Shown: piece after piece, positions 17,801-29,471 of the stretch
Layout: each line of letters starts with the position of its first letter
Position numbering within the stretch: position 1 is the stretch's first letter
DNA from: an uncultured Chloroflexia bacterium
Lineage (GTDB): Bacteria; Chloroflexota; Anaerolineae; CG2-30-64-16
NCBI GenBank assembly: GCA_963774265.1
Contig: CAVZDU010000002.1
Location: forward strand, 288,001-352,000
Direction: 5' to 3'
Length of the DNA stretch: 64,000 nt
Made by a program: the position numbers and the translations under genes
Notes under the pieces: model-generated
The model's input: only the letters and a program-made list of their open reading frames with translations
Databases searched by the model: none
Told to the model about the DNA's origin: nothing

Positions 17801-18702
17801 GCAGACGACGCAGCCATTTGGGCGGCGCTGGCCACGCGGGACGATGTAGCGATCATCACGCCCGAGCTGCTGACCCGTCGACAGCCCGGGGTAGTCCAGA
17901 GTGAGGTGAGCACGGGCGGCGCGGCGCCTTCGAATGACCTGTCCGCTGATCCCGGCGCGCTATGCGCCCGGGCCAATCGTGATCCAGGAAGGCAGGCTGC
18001 CAGAAACGTACGTCGAGATACGGTCGAGCGCCGCCGTCAGCACGACCCACCGATTACAGATCATCGGAGTGCTCGCCGAGAACAGCACCCTGCGCGGGCG
18101 CAAATATGCAAGTCCCCCTCGCTGCGCTGCGGCGGATCGGAGGCAAGGAGGTCGCGCCGCAGAGCTTCTACCTGCGGGTGGCGCCGGCCGCCGACGTGCA
18201 CGCAGTCAGCCAGGAGGTCGAGCGGACCTTCCTGGGCAGCGGCCTGGACGCGACGGTGATGACGGAGAGCTTCGCGCAGGGGCAGACGGTCATGCGCGGC
18301 ATCCTGCGGCTGTTCCAGGGCTTCATGGCGTTGGGGCTGCTGGTCGGCATTGCAGCGCTCGGGGTGATCGCCAGCCGCACAGTCGTGGAGCGTCGGCAGC
18401 AGGTGGGCGTGCTGCGCGCACTGGGCTTCCACCCCGGCATGGTGGCGTTGTGCTTCCTGCTGGAGAGCAGCTTCATCGCGTTAACCGGCATCCTGATCGG
18501 GGTCATCGCCGGACTGCTGCTGGGCAAAGACATGATACGCACCCTCTTCGCACAGCTCACACCCGAGACGGCCGTGACGGTGCCGTGGGGCCAGCTGGGA
18601 GTGATCCTGCTCCTGGCTTACGGCTTCTCGCTGCTGCTGACGCTGATACCCTCGCTCCAGGCGTCAAGGATCTTCCCCGCAGAGGCGCTGCGGTATGAAT
18701 AG
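14814..18702 (+). CDS. FtsX/MacB-like ABC permease with two FtsX domains (several frameshifts)
   Basis: [13 protein letters not shown] and [13 protein letters not shown] motifs; ends P.EALRYE. Start overlaps the ATPase stop (ATGA). ORF pieces join near 15670, 16040, 17950 and 18100. Confidence 0.85.
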
Positions 18703-19153
18703 TGCCCGCGCATGGAGAGGAGCGCGGAAGATGGGGTGAAGTCGCAAAACGACAGCCGTGGAGCCAACCGCGTGAACAACGCCTGCAACCTGAAGCACTA
18801 CGGCTTCTTCGCGCCTCGCCACGGGCGCTTGTTCGGTTGGCTGCATGCTCGGCCTCGGTAGTGGGCCATCGCGCTGGTTAATGTTGGCGGGCATTGCGAC
18901 AGGCCTCGGGCTGAAGCTGTGGCAGGTGCACGGGGTGCTGTACGAGAGGGGAGTGCTGCGCGTGCTCGATTGCAGCTCCGTTTTGGGGGCTGGTGGTGCT
19001 GTCGGTAGCTGCGAATTTGTTTGACAATCTCCAGCCTCAGACATATACTCAATCCTGGTCGGCCAGCATCGATGTCACATGGCAGGCCCACCCTCCGACC
19101 GCACATTCTCGACCGGCGAGCACGTCCGGTTCCCCAGTAACGGAGGTACCCCC

Positions 19154-19525
19154 ATGAAACTGTCGTCTTTTTTGCCCGTGAAAGCCATCATCTCTGTTGT
19201 TAGTGGGCTTGCACTGCTGCTTGTCCCTGGCGCGTTCATGGGCCTGGCTGGTGTCACACTCGATGTGAGCGGCGTCACCATGGCTCGCATGTTGGGCGCG
19301 ATGCTTGTAGGGATCGCCGTCATCTGCTGGAGTGCCAGGAACGCAGACCCTGGCGTGGGGCGCGAAGCTCTCGTGCTCGGCCTTTTTGTGGCCGACACCC
19401 TGGGGTTCGTGGTCATACTGCTTGCCCAGCTCTCAGGACTCATGACCGCGTTCGGCTGGGTGTTTGTGCTGCTGTGGCTTTTCGTGGCAGCAGGGCTCGG
19501 CTACTTCCGCTTCGTGGCCAAGTAG
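19154..19525 (+). CDS. Four-TM hypothetical membrane protein
   Basis: GGAGG RBS and four hydrophobic helices. Confidence 0.75.
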   Translation: MKLSSFLPVKAIISVVSGLALLLVPGAFMGLAGVTLDVSGVTMARMLGAMLVGIAVICWSARNADPGVGREALVLGLFVADTLGFVVILLAQLSGLMTAFGWVFVLLWLFVAAGLGYFRFVAK

Positions 19526-19993
19526 CGCCTACAGACCAGTCAGCGGAGGGCCGGCGCGTTGGTCAGACCGCCGTTCGGATTTGGCGCGCGGCGGTCTGGC
19601 TGGGCTGATTGCGACGTCTTGCCGGGTCCCGGGCATCTGATCGAGCAGCTCTGGGATACTGGCTGGGTTTCCTCTTCCTTCTTCGATGCTCCGGTCTGGC
19701 ATGGCTGGCTGTAGCGCGACATGATCATGGTTGTGGATCCGCCCTGGAACCTCCACTGCTGATTGTCTCCCCCAATGCGTTCTTGCTGGTAAGCCGGGCT
19801 CAACAGCTGCGTGCTGTTGACCTCCTGGCGACCGTTTTGTACGATTCGCCCGCCGATTACGCGATACTTGCGCTCATTAACACCATCCGGCGCGGCTGGG
19901 TTTCCGGCCGGACAGCGTTGTGCTAGAATCTCCGAGGAACCGACGCGTCTGGCGATCGACGAACGGCGCGTCATCACACTCCCGGAGGAAGCC

Positions 19994-20677
19994 ATGGATT
20001 ACACCTACGCCGACATCGCGAAAATGATCGACCACTCCCTACTGCGACCGTTCTACAACGACGAAGAGCTGGAAGCCGGCTGCCGGCTCGCGCTGGACTA
20101 CGACGTGGCCACCGTATGCATCAAACCGTACTACCTGAGGCGGGCGGCGGCCATGCTGGCCGGGAGCAGTGTTAAGGCTACCACCACCATCGGCTTCCCG
20201 CACGGAGGACATACCACAACCATTAAAGTCGCCGAAACCGAGCAGGCGCTGGCCGACGGCGCCCAGGAAGTCGATATGGTCATCAACATCGGCAAGGCGC
20301 TCAGCCGCGATTGGGACTTCGTCCGCGAGGACATCACCGCAGTGGCGCGCGTGGCCCACGCGGGGGGCGCCCTGGTCAAGGTCATCTTCGAGAACTGCTA
20401 CTTGCAGGACGAGCACCGGATCCGGTTGTGCGAGATTTGCGGCGAGGTGGGGGTCGATTGGGTCAAGACCTCCACCGGATACGGGACCGGCGGCGCGCTG
20501 ATGGACGATCTGCGCCTGATGCGAAAGCACGCACCCGCGCACGTGCAGGTCAAGGCCGCAGGCGGGGTCAGTACGTTGGACATCGCCCTGGAAGTGCGCG
20601 CCATCGGCTGCACGCGCTTCGGCACGCTTCAGACGGTGGAAATCCTGGAGGAATGCAAACGCCGACTGACCGTGTAG
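19994..20677 (+). CDS. deoC: Deoxyribose-phosphate aldolase
   Basis: IDHSLLRP, IGFPHG, EVDMVINIG, VKVIFE, WVKTSTG and VKAAGG. Confidence 0.93.
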   Translation: MDYTYADIAKMIDHSLLRPFYNDEELEAGCRLALDYDVATVCIKPYYLRRAAAMLAGSSVKATTTIGFPHGGHTTTIKVAETEQALADGAQEVDMVINIGKALSRDWDFVREDITAVARVAHAGGALVKVIFENCYLQDEHRIRLCEICGEVGVDWVKTSTGYGTGGALMDDLRLMRKHAPAHVQVKAAGGVSTLDIALEVRAIGCTRFGTLQTVEILEECKRRLTV

Positions 20678-20787
20678 CGGTTGGACAAGGGACGGACGAC
20701 GCAGAAAAAACGGGACTTGGCGTCAGGGATGGGCCTGTAGCCGGACAAGTCGTTTAGATGTGACGCAATATACCTGCAGGAGGCATC

Positions 20788-21870
20788 ATGCGAGAGTACC
20801 AGGTGGCCCTGATCCCAGGAGACGGCATCGGCCACGAGGTTTGCCCAGAGGGCGTTAGGGTCATCACCGCGGTCGGAGAGTTGCTCGGGAACTTCCGGAT
20901 AACCTACGAGACGTTTCCCTGGGGATGCGAGTACTATTTGAGGCACGGCGAGATGATGGGGAAGGATGCGCTGCACATCCTGGAGCCATTTGACGCCATA
21001 TACTTCGGCGCAGTGGGCTTTCCCAGCGTGCCAGATCACATCTCGCTGCACGGGCTCCTGCTGCCGGTGCGCCAGGGCTTCGAACAATACGCCAACGTGC
21101 GCCCCAGCTTGCTGCTGCCAGGGGTGCCCGGCCCGCTTAGAGACAAGAGCCCCGGCGACATCGACTTTGTCGTGGTGCGCGAGAACACGGAAGGAGAATA
21201 CGCGGGTGCGGGCGGGCGAATCCACCGTGGACTGCCGCTGGAGCTGGCCGTCGAGACGTCCATCTTCACTCGCGAAGGGGTGGAGCGGGTCGTGCGATAT
21301 GCGTGCCAGCTCGCGATGGGACGGTCACGAAAACGGCTGGCCAGTGTCACGAAATCCAACGCGCAGCGCCATTCGATGGTCCTCTGGGACGAAGCCTTCG
21401 AGCGCGTGGCCGGGGAATATCCGGAACTGCAAACCGAGCGGGTGTTGGTCGATGCGATGGCCGCACGTTTTGTGCTGAAGCCGGAGACGCTCGACGTGCT
21501 CGTGGCCTCCAACCTGTTTGCGGACATCCTCACTGACCTGGGAAGCGCCATTTGCGGCAGCATGGGGATCGCGCCCAGCGCAAACATCAACCCGGAACGC
21601 AAGTACCCGTCGATGTTCGAGCCGGTGCACGGTTCCGCACCCGACATCGCAGGACGTGGGATCGCCAATCCCATTGCAGCCATCTGGAGTGGGGCGATGA
21701 TGCTGGACTTCCTGGGCGAGGCCCAGGCCGCCGGCCTCGTGATGGAGGCCGTCAAGAAGGTCACAGGCGAGGGCAAGGTGCTGACGCCCGACCTGGGCGG
21801 CCGCGCCCGGACGAGCGAGGTGGGGGATGAGGTGGTCGCCAAGTTGAGGTCGCTGGCGGCTCATCTGTGA
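20788..21870 (+). CDS. Tartrate/D-malate dehydrogenase (isocitrate/isopropylmalate dehydrogenase family)
   Basis: [41 protein letters not shown] and [14 protein letters not shown]. Confidence 0.88.
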   Translation: MREYQVALIPGDGIGHEVCPEGVRVITAVGELLGNFRITYETFPWGCEYYLRHGEMMGKDALHILEPFDAIYFGAVGFPSVPDHISLHGLLLPVRQGFEQYANVRPSLLLPGVPGPLRDKSPGDIDFVVVRENTEGEYAGAGGRIHRGLPLELAVETSIFTREGVERVVRYACQLAMGRSRKRLASVTKSNAQRHSMVLWDEAFERVAGEYPELQTERVLVDAMAARFVLKPETLDVLVASNLFADILTDLGSAICGSMGIAPSANINPERKYPSMFEPVHGSAPDIAGRGIANPIAAIWSGAMMLDFLGEAQAAGLVMEAVKKVTGEGKVLTPDLGGRARTSEVGDEVVAKLRSLAAHL

Positions 21871-21888
21871 TCGCGGGGAAAGCCTACC

Positions 21889-22668
21889 ATGTCCATCACC
21901 TTGCTGTCCTGGAATGTGAACGGCGCACGCGCCGTCTACCGCAACGGCTTCTTGCCCTGGCTGGCCCAGGCTGCGCCGGACATCCTCTGCCTCCAGGAGA
22001 CTCGGGCCGAAGCCAACCAGCTTCCTCCTGAGCTATGTCAGCCCGCCCCATACACCGGCTTCTGGACACATTCGACGCGCAAGAAGGGCCATTCGGGGAC
22101 GGCGATTCTGTCGCGATGGGAGCCATTGGCCGTAGACTACGGGATCGGGAACGCAGAGTTCGACGACGAAGGCCGCACGGTCATCGCGGACTTCGGGCGC
22201 TTCACCTTGATCAACTGCTATTTCCCGAACGGTGGCCGCGACCAGGAACGCGTGCCCTACAAGCTGGCCTTCTATGGTGCGTTCCTCGCGTTCTGTGAGG
22301 GGTTGCGGGCGCAGGGGAAGTCGCTGATTATCTGCGGCGACGTAAACACGTCACACCGCGAAATCGATCTGGCACGACCCAGGCAGAATCTGAAGAGCAC
22401 CGGGTTTCTGCCAGAAGAGCGCGCGTGGCTGGATCAGGTCGTTGACCTCGGTTATGTCGACACATTTCGACGAAGCTACCCCGATCTGGAGGGCGCCTAC
22501 ACGTGGTGGTTGCAGTGGGGCGCGGCGCGCGAGAGGAACATCGGCTGGCGGCTGGATTACTTTTTCGTCACGCCAGAACTGGTACCATATGTCGTCGATG
22601 CTTTTATTCTTCCTGACGTCAAGGGATCCGACCACTGCCCCGTTGGCCTGACGCTCGAGTTTCCGTAA
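21889..22668 (+). CDS. xth: Exodeoxyribonuclease III
   Basis: SWNVNG, LCLQET, YFPNG, CGDVN, GWRLDYF and SDHCP. Confidence 0.93.
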   Translation: MSITLLSWNVNGARAVYRNGFLPWLAQAAPDILCLQETRAEANQLPPELCQPAPYTGFWTHSTRKKGHSGTAILSRWEPLAVDYGIGNAEFDDEGRTVIADFGRFTLINCYFPNGGRDQERVPYKLAFYGAFLAFCEGLRAQGKSLIICGDVNTSHREIDLARPRQNLKSTGFLPEERAWLDQVVDLGYVDTFRRSYPDLEGAYTWWLQWGAARERNIGWRLDYFFVTPELVPYVVDAFILPDVKGSDHCPVGLTLEFP

Positions 22669-22677
22669 GAAGGGGTG

Positions 22678-23085
22678 ATGATGGCTGACTTGAAAACAAA
22701 ACTGACGGGCGCCAGTGTGGCCGATTTCATTGCGGGTGTGGCAGATGAGCGGCGCCGGCAAGATAGTGAGACGATAGTCGCACTGATGCAAGACGTGACA
22801 GGCCAGCCACCAGAGATGTGGGGCGATTCGATTGTGGGATTCGGACGGTATGCCTACCGATATGCGTCCGGACGGACCGGCGAATGGATGGCCACAGGAT
22901 TCTCGCCGCGCAAAGACAGCCTGACGCTCTATATCATGGGCGGATTCGACGAACTCGCTGACTTGATGGCGCGCCTGGGCAAGTACAAGACGGGCAAGGG
23001 CTGCCTGTATATCAAACGACTGAGTGATGTGGATATGGGAGTTCTCAGGGAGTTGGTGGAGCGGTCAGTTACAAAGCTAATTTAG
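22678..23085 (+). CDS. DUF1801 (YdhG-like) protein
   Basis: P.MWG.SIVGFG.Y.Y.YASGR.G, GFSPRK and LGK.K.GKGCLYIK.L.D. Confidence 0.85.
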   Translation: MMADLKTKLTGASVADFIAGVADERRRQDSETIVALMQDVTGQPPEMWGDSIVGFGRYAYRYASGRTGEWMATGFSPRKDSLTLYIMGGFDELADLMARLGKYKTGKGCLYIKRLSDVDMGVLRELVERSVTKLI

Positions 23086-23192
23086 CGCTATTTGACCGAG
23101 AGGTCGGCCTTACCCGCATCCCTGAGACCGGCGGCTTCGGGCGCACGCACGGTGATACGTGCGCCCGTCGATGGCGGTCGGTGATCGCTTGA

Positions 23193-23693
23193 TCAGTGGC
23201 CGTGACCGTTCCCTTCGTGAACATGGCCGTGCTCAAGCTCGATCGGCGTGGCCGGACGAACATCGATCACCTTGACATGGAAGCTGAGGGTCTCGCCGGC
23301 GAGGGGGTGATTGTAGTCGAGAATGACTGAGTCTTCGCGGACCTCGTAGACATTCGCTTCGTAGGTCTCGCCTTCGGTGTCGGTCACTTCCAGGGGCATC
23401 CCCTCTTCGAGCTCGACATCTTCCGGTAGTTCGCTGAGTGCGACCTCTTCCAGCGCTTCTTCATCCCACTCGCCGTACGCATCTTCGGGGCGCAGGGTGA
23501 TATCACGTTCCTCATTCACTGCCATGCCGATCAGCGCGTCTTCCAGCCCAGGCAACAGCTGCCCCTGCCCAACAACGAAACGAAGCGGCATCTCGCCTTG
23601 CGTTGAATCCGCAACCTCACCATCACTCAGGGTCAACGTGAAGTCGAGCGTCACCACCATACCATCAGCCACAGTCGGCTTCGATTTGTCCAT
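23193..23693 (-). CDS. slyD: FKBP-type peptidyl-prolyl isomerase SlyD
   Basis: G.GQLLPGLEDAL.G, PEDAYGE, DYNHPLAG.TL.F.V and a His-rich tail. Confidence 0.9.
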   Translation of the reverse strand: MDKSKPTVADGMVVTLDFTLTLSDGEVADSTQGEMPLRFVVGQGQLLPGLEDALIGMAVNEERDITLRPEDAYGEWDEEALEEVALSELPEDVELEEGMPLEVTDTEGETYEANVYEVREDSVILDYNHPLAGETLSFHVKVIDVRPATPIELEHGHVHEGNGHGH

Positions 23694-23705
23694 GATTCTC
23701 CTCCG

Positions 23706-25499
23706 CTAGTTTGTCATCGCGCCGGCCAGCCCTTCGGCTTCGGCGACCATGTCTTCCAAAATGCGCAGGCCACCATGCCAGAAGGACGGATCCTGCAAAT
23801 TCACTCCCAGCGGCGCGACGATTTCGTGGGGCCAGTCGGAGCCGCCGCGAGAGAGCATCTCGAGATATGCGTCGGCGAAATCGCCGCCCACCTGCTTGTA
23901 GCGCGCATAGAGCGCCAGCACGAGCAGCTCGCCGAACGCGTAAGCGTACACGTATCCGGGCGTGCCTATGAAGTGGGGAATGTAGCTCCACCATAGGCCG
24001 TAATTCTCGGTCAATGTGACGCTATCGCCAAACATGGTGCGCTGAGTCTCCAGCCATAGCTCGCTGAAGCGTTCAGAGGTCAACTCCCCCTCTTCGCGCC
24101 GTGCATTATGAATGGCGTGTTCAAACCGATTCATGCTGATCTGGCGAAACGCCGTGGCGAAAGAATCTTCGATCTTCTGGGTCAGCATTCCCAGGCGCAC
24201 CTGCGGCGACGCCTCCGCTCGCATCATTGACTGGAACACCAGCATCTCGCCAAAGACCGATGCGGTCTCCGCAGTCGTCAGCGGCGTGTCCGCCTGAAGC
24301 AGACCTTGCACCCCTGACAGCTTTTGATGCACCCCATGGCCCAGCTCGTGAGCGAGGGTCATCACGTCGCGCGGCTTGGCGTCATAGTTTAGAAGGATAT
24401 ACGGATGCACCGAAGGCGTCACGCCATGGCTGAAGGCGCCGCCGTATTTGCCCGGACGCGACGGGGCGTCAATCCAACGCCTATCGAAGAACCAGCCGGC
24501 CACCTCGGCCATCTTCGGGTGAAATTCGCCGTAAGCGTCGAGCACGACCTTCCGTGCCTCGGCCCATGGGTAGAAACGGTCCGCTGCAGGAAGCGGCGCG
24601 TATCGGTCGTAATCGAACAATTCATCCAATCCCAGCAGACGAGCCTTTAGGCGATAATACCGGGCCACGACGTCATACCGAGAGGTGACTGCGTCGACCA
24701 GGGCCTGCACCGTCGTATCATCGACCTCATTGGCCAGATTGCGGCTTGTGATCCAGGTCGGGTATTTGCGCAGGCGGTCGTCCGATGCCTTATCGGCCAG
24801 AATCGTGTTGAAAACGTAGGTCGTGCTGCGCTTCAGAGCCTGCAAGCCGACCGTGAACTTCGCTTCCGCGTGCCGGCGTAGATCCCGGTCCGGCGAGTAG
24901 AGCTTACTGAGAATCTGATCCCGGCTCATCTCTTCGCCGTCCAACTCGTACCGTGCGGCTGAGTGGGTCTCATCGAAGAAACGATCCCATGCGCTGCACC
25001 CGGTGACGGATTTTTCAGCCAGAATCTTCTCCTCAGGCTCGGTCAGCAGATAGGGACGATATAGCCGCACGATCTCCAGCCAATGGCGGAAGCGCGCGAG
25101 CTCGGGTGACGCGATCCACTGCGCCGCCACGTCGTCGGGTGCATGGGCCAACTCCAGGTCCAACCAGACAAGCTTCTGACCCAACCTGGACCCGCGTTCG
25201 GTGACGCGTTGCAGCAGGGCGCCGCGGCCTGGGTCTTCCGTGTTTTGCGTCCAGTTCAGGGAAGCGAAGGCGCCGGCCGTTGCGGCGCGCTCGCGCAGCG
25301 CCTCGTAGCGACCCAAGAGCCCGACCAACGCGGGGGCTGAAAGACCTGCAACGAGCCCGCGATAGGCTGCGTCAAGTGCGTCGGCTTCCGTATCGGCCGC
25401 GTCAAGATCAGCATCGAGCGCGGGATCGTCCATGCCCGCGTAGAGGTCCGAAAGGTCCCAGGTGGCCTCTTCGGCGCCTGTCAGGGTTGATGTGGCCAT
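23706..25499 (-). CDS. M3B oligoendopeptidase (PepF family)
   Basis: WDLSDLY, GK.GGAF, TLAHELGHGVH, AETASVFGE and W..IPHF...YVYAYAFG. Confidence 0.92.
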   Translation of the reverse strand: MATSTLTGAEEATWDLSDLYAGMDDPALDADLDAADTEADALDAAYRGLVAGLSAPALVGLLGRYEALRERAATAGAFASLNWTQNTEDPGRGALLQRVTERGSRLGQKLVWLDLELAHAPDDVAAQWIASPELARFRHWLEIVRLYRPYLLTEPEEKILAEKSVTGCSAWDRFFDETHSAARYELDGEEMSRDQILSKLYSPDRDLRRHAEAKFTVGLQALKRSTTYVFNTILADKASDDRLRKYPTWITSRNLANEVDDTTVQALVDAVTSRYDVVARYYRLKARLLGLDELFDYDRYAPLPAADRFYPWAEARKVVLDAYGEFHPKMAEVAGWFFDRRWIDAPSRPGKYGGAFSHGVTPSVHPYILLNYDAKPRDVMTLAHELGHGVHQKLSGVQGLLQADTPLTTAETASVFGEMLVFQSMMRAEASPQVRLGMLTQKIEDSFATAFRQISMNRFEHAIHNARREEGELTSERFSELWLETQRTMFGDSVTLTENYGLWWSYIPHFIGTPGYVYAYAFGELLVLALYARYKQVGGDFADAYLEMLSRGGSDWPHEIVAPLGVNLQDPSFWHGGLRILEDMVAEAEGLAGAMTN

Positions 25500-25610
25500 T
25501 CCAAGTTATCTCCCGTCAGTATCATATGGTTATTGCGCTGCACGCGGCACAGCCGCGCCAGTATACGGTGCGGCGGTCTGCCCGTCTGTATCCGTGTCAT
25601 CAATGGTTGG

Positions 25611-27431
25611 CTACGCGCTGACGAAATCCAACTCCGGCGTGGCGTATTGCGCGGTGCGCTGCTGCCGGAACTGCTGCGTGTACAAGCGGTAGTACTTTCC
25701 ACCCAGCCGCAACAGGTCGGCATGCGAGCCCTGCTCCACAATGCGGCCACCTTCGATCACCAGGATGCGGTCGGCTCGCTTGATGGTCGACAGGCGATGG
25801 GCGATGACAAACGTGGTCCGGCCCTCCATCACCTGGTCCATGCCCTTCTGGATCAGCGCCTCAGTCACCGTGTCGACGGAGCTGGTCGCTTCGTCCATCA
25901 CCAGGACCTCGGGATTCGCCAGCACCGCACGTGCCAGGCTGATGAGCTGCTTCTGTCCCACAGAGAGACGGTTGCCGCCTTCACCCACCTCGGCCTTATA
26001 CTTGCCTTCCAGCTTGGTGATGAACTCGTGCGCCCCGGCGATTCGGGCGGCCTCCTCAACCTCCTCATCACTGGCCTTGAGGCGTCCGTAGCGGATGTTT
26101 TCGCGAATCGAACCAGAGAACAGATGAGGCGTTTGAAGGACAACACCGATCCGCGACTGGATGCTGTTCAGGGTGAAATCGCGGTAATCCTGGCCGTGGA
26201 TCTTCACCAAACCCGACTTTGGCTCGTAGAATCGGCACACCAGATTGACGATGGTTGACTTGCCGCCGCCCGTTGGGCCAACGAGTGCGATGGTCTCCCC
26301 AGTCTGCACCTTCAGACTGAAGTCGGTCAGCACCGGCTTGTCTGGCTCATAGTAAAAGTCGACATGTTCGAACTCGATCTCCCCGCGGATCGTCGGCGTG
26401 TGACGCGCGCCACGCCGGTCGGCCACTTCTGGCGTGGCATCCAGCAAAGAGAAGGTGCGCTCCGCAGAGGCGATGGCGTGTTGCATCTCGGAATAAACGC
26501 GTGCCATGTCCTGAATGGGCCACATCATGAATGTCACGTAGGAAACGAATGCCTGGAGTGCGCCGATCGTCATGCCGGCCACGCTTGTGCTCATGCCCGA
26601 ATAGAGCACCACCGCACCCACAGCGAACGCGCTGATGATTTGGACTGCAGGCAGGAAGAGCGCCGAGAGCCACGCGGCCCTGTAAGACGCGCGTCGCATT
26701 TCGCCTGTCAGGTGACTGAACTCGCGCAGGTTCGCCTCTTCACGGCCCAGCCCCTTGACCACTCGTACGCCCGTGATGTTCTGATTGAACTCCCCAGTGA
26801 TCTTCGAATTGAGCTTACGTACAAGCCGAAACTGCTGCAGGATCTTCGTTTTGAAGTAGACCGCAACGACAAGCAGGATCGGGACGGTAGCCAGCACAAC
26901 CACCGAAAGCCGCCAGTTGAGGCTTGCCATGAAGACCATTGACGATGCGATATTGAAGATAGCCCACGTCACATCCAGCATTCCCCAGGTGACGAGTTGT
27001 GCGATGCGTTCTGAATCCGACGTCACGCGTGACATGATCCAGCCAACCGGCGTCTTGCTAAAGTAAGAGAAAGACAGATCCTGCAGGTGGTTGAACAGTT
27101 TCTTGCGCAGATCATACTGCACGCGCTCGCCCAACACACCGGCCAGGTAGATGAACATGAACACGCCGAGGGCCTGCACCAGCATCAGACCGCCGTACGT
27201 GATAATGATTTCCCGCAGGACACTCGCGTTGCGCGCGATAATGCCCTCATCTATGATGCGCTTGGATAGGAAGGTGAAGACCGCGTCAAGGACGCTCACC
27301 CAGGCGATGGTGAACAAAAACCCGGCCACCCACCTAGAATGTGGCTTCACCAGGCCCATAATGCGGCGAAGCGTACCACCGTTGAATTGGGCCCCAAATT
27401 CCTCTTCTTCGAATTCGTAGTCGTCTGCCAT
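25611..27431 (-). CDS. ABC exporter, fused TMD+NBD (heterodimer subunit B)
   Basis: GPTGGGKST, degenerate signature LSVGQKQL and DEATSSVD. Confidence 0.92.
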   Translation of the reverse strand: MADDYEFEEEEFGAQFNGGTLRRIMGLVKPHSRWVAGFLFTIAWVSVLDAVFTFLSKRIIDEGIIARNASVLREIIITYGGLMLVQALGVFMFIYLAGVLGERVQYDLRKKLFNHLQDLSFSYFSKTPVGWIMSRVTSDSERIAQLVTWGMLDVTWAIFNIASSMVFMASLNWRLSVVVLATVPILLVVAVYFKTKILQQFRLVRKLNSKITGEFNQNITGVRVVKGLGREEANLREFSHLTGEMRRASYRAAWLSALFLPAVQIISAFAVGAVVLYSGMSTSVAGMTIGALQAFVSYVTFMMWPIQDMARVYSEMQHAIASAERTFSLLDATPEVADRRGARHTPTIRGEIEFEHVDFYYEPDKPVLTDFSLKVQTGETIALVGPTGGGKSTIVNLVCRFYEPKSGLVKIHGQDYRDFTLNSIQSRIGVVLQTPHLFSGSIRENIRYGRLKASDEEVEEAARIAGAHEFITKLEGKYKAEVGEGGNRLSVGQKQLISLARAVLANPEVLVMDEATSSVDTVTEALIQKGMDQVMEGRTTFVIAHRLSTIKRADRILVIEGGRIVEQGSHADLLRLGGKYYRLYTQQFRQQRTAQYATPELDFVSA

Positions 27432-27439
27432 AGCTATCC

Positions 27440-29266
27440 CTATGCCGTGACGGTCAGCTCCTGTTGGAGCTCCTCTTCGACCTTGGCCTGCAGATCGTAG
27501 ATCTGACGGTATAGCCCTTCCTGGGCGAGCAGGGTCTCGTGATTGCCCTGCTGGATGATCTTGCCCTGGTCCAGGACAACGATCTGATCCGCGTTCATCA
27601 GGCTTTGCACCCGGTGAGCGATAATGAAGGTCGTCCGCCCTTCCATCAGCGTGTTCAGCGCGGAACGGATCTCCGCTTCGGTCTCGGTGTCCACCGAGGA
27701 AGTCGAGTCATCCAGGATCAGGATGCGCGGATTCTTGAGCAAAGTTCGAGCGATGGCCACGCGCTGCTTCTGGCCACCGGACAGCGTCACGCCTTTTTCA
27801 CCGACTAGCGTGTCATAGCCTTCGGGGAAGGTCACGATCGAGTCATGGATTGCCGCCGCCTTTGCGGCCGCGATGATCTCGTCATCAGTCACGGGGCGAT
27901 CTACGCCCAGCCGTATGTTCTCCTTGATCGACCTCGAGAAGAGGAATGGCTCCTGCTCCACGATGCCGATTTGGCTTCGCAGGTAGATCCGCGAGTAGTC
28001 CGTCAATTCCACGCCGTCAAGTTTGATCGCACCGTCGGTGTACTCGTAAAAACGGGGCAGCAGGTTGACCAGCGTCGTCTTGCCCGAGCCGGTGGAGCCG
28101 AGCAGCGCGACGGACTCACCCGCGGCCACCGTCAGGTTGATGTTGCTCAGCACGGGCTGGGTAGGGTCGTAGCCAAACGCTACGAACCTGAAATCGATGT
28201 TCCCCTTCACCGTGCCGTCCGGGCAGTGCGTTCCCTCGTCCAGCGGCTCACGATCCTGGCTGATGACATCGATCACGCGGCGGTAGGACACCATGCCGGT
28301 GGAGGTCTGCACAATCAAGCGGCCCAGGTTGCGCATGGGGAAAATGATCCACACGAGCAGCCCTGCGTAGGCCAGGTAGGTGCCAACCGATATCTCGCCG
28401 CCGATCGCCATGAGAGCGCCGACCGTATAGCCAAAAAGCATCTGGGCGCCGCACAGGACGTCGGACACCGGCCAGAACAGCGAGTGTGCCAGAATGAGAT
28501 TGCGGCCCCGATTGTACTTCTCCGCGTTTTCCTTCTCGAACTTATCCCGCTCGTAGGCCTGGCGCGCAAAGGCCTTCACAACGCGCACGCCGCTCAGGTT
28601 CTCCTGCAACACGGTTGACAGCGACGCCTCTTGCTCCTGGTACTTCTCATAAGCGCGAGAGATGCGCTTAAAGAAGAAATAGGACATGATCACGATGAGC
28701 GGTACGACTATGATCGAGAGCCACGCCAACCGCATGTTGAGCCGCGAGATGACCACAAAGTTGATCGCAAACAACAGAAAGATGCGACCGATACCCAAAG
28801 CCTGGTCCGAATAGAAGCGTCTGATCGCATCGACGTCGGAGGTGCTGCGCTGGATCAGCTCGCCAGTCTGCATCCGATCATGGTAGCTGAACGCTAGACG
28901 CTGGATGTGGTCGTAGAGGTAGTTGCGCAAACGCTGCGCCATCCCCTCGGCGGTCTGCGCGGCCAGCCGGCCGCTCATGAATGTGAAGCCGCCCTCCACC
29001 AGTGCCAAACCGATGAATGCGAGGGCAATGAGTGCAAGAGTGAGTGGAGCGCGCTCCTTGCCCAGCACATTGTCCACGAAGTGCCGGAGCAACAAGTAAG
29101 TGGCCGTTTTTGCGCCGGCGCCGACGGCCAGGGAGGCGGTCGCGCCGAGATAGCGCCAGTGAAAACCGGTGGACATGGTCCAGAGGCCAGCCAGGCGATT
29201 GGAACTGACAGCGTTTTTCAGGTCGTAGTCATAGGCGGGCTGCGCCGCCTGTACCATCGATGACAT
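27440..29266 (-). CDS. ABC exporter, fused TMD+NBD (heterodimer subunit A)
   Basis: GSTGSGKTT, LSGGQKQR and degenerate Walker B LDDSTSSVD. Confidence 0.92.
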   Translation of the reverse strand: MSSMVQAAQPAYDYDLKNAVSSNRLAGLWTMSTGFHWRYLGATASLAVGAGAKTATYLLLRHFVDNVLGKERAPLTLALIALAFIGLALVEGGFTFMSGRLAAQTAEGMAQRLRNYLYDHIQRLAFSYHDRMQTGELIQRSTSDVDAIRRFYSDQALGIGRIFLLFAINFVVISRLNMRLAWLSIIVVPLIVIMSYFFFKRISRAYEKYQEQEASLSTVLQENLSGVRVVKAFARQAYERDKFEKENAEKYNRGRNLILAHSLFWPVSDVLCGAQMLFGYTVGALMAIGGEISVGTYLAYAGLLVWIIFPMRNLGRLIVQTSTGMVSYRRVIDVISQDREPLDEGTHCPDGTVKGNIDFRFVAFGYDPTQPVLSNINLTVAAGESVALLGSTGSGKTTLVNLLPRFYEYTDGAIKLDGVELTDYSRIYLRSQIGIVEQEPFLFSRSIKENIRLGVDRPVTDDEIIAAAKAAAIHDSIVTFPEGYDTLVGEKGVTLSGGQKQRVAIARTLLKNPRILILDDSTSSVDTETEAEIRSALNTLMEGRTTFIIAHRVQSLMNADQIVVLDQGKIIQQGNHETLLAQEGLYRQIYDLQAKVEEELQQELTVTA

Positions 29267-29471
29267 CGGATCGCTCCGGAAAAGTGTCGAGCGGCCGCCA
29301 TTGCCGGCCGCGAAGAAAGATTGTACCATCGCAGTGTGATACGAAGTAAATACGAATAAATCCTCGGTGAGTTGCATGCATCGGGTTCCGTCTTCAGCTT
29401 GCGCGCAACCTCAGGTTTGCGCTACTATGAACCCGGGGGAACCAGCAAAGGATGGATACCGTCAAGCGGCT

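Noticed and set aside
18720-19930. Short hydrophobic ORF fragments either side of the four-TM gene
   Set aside because: No RBS, recognisable motifs or consistent frame.
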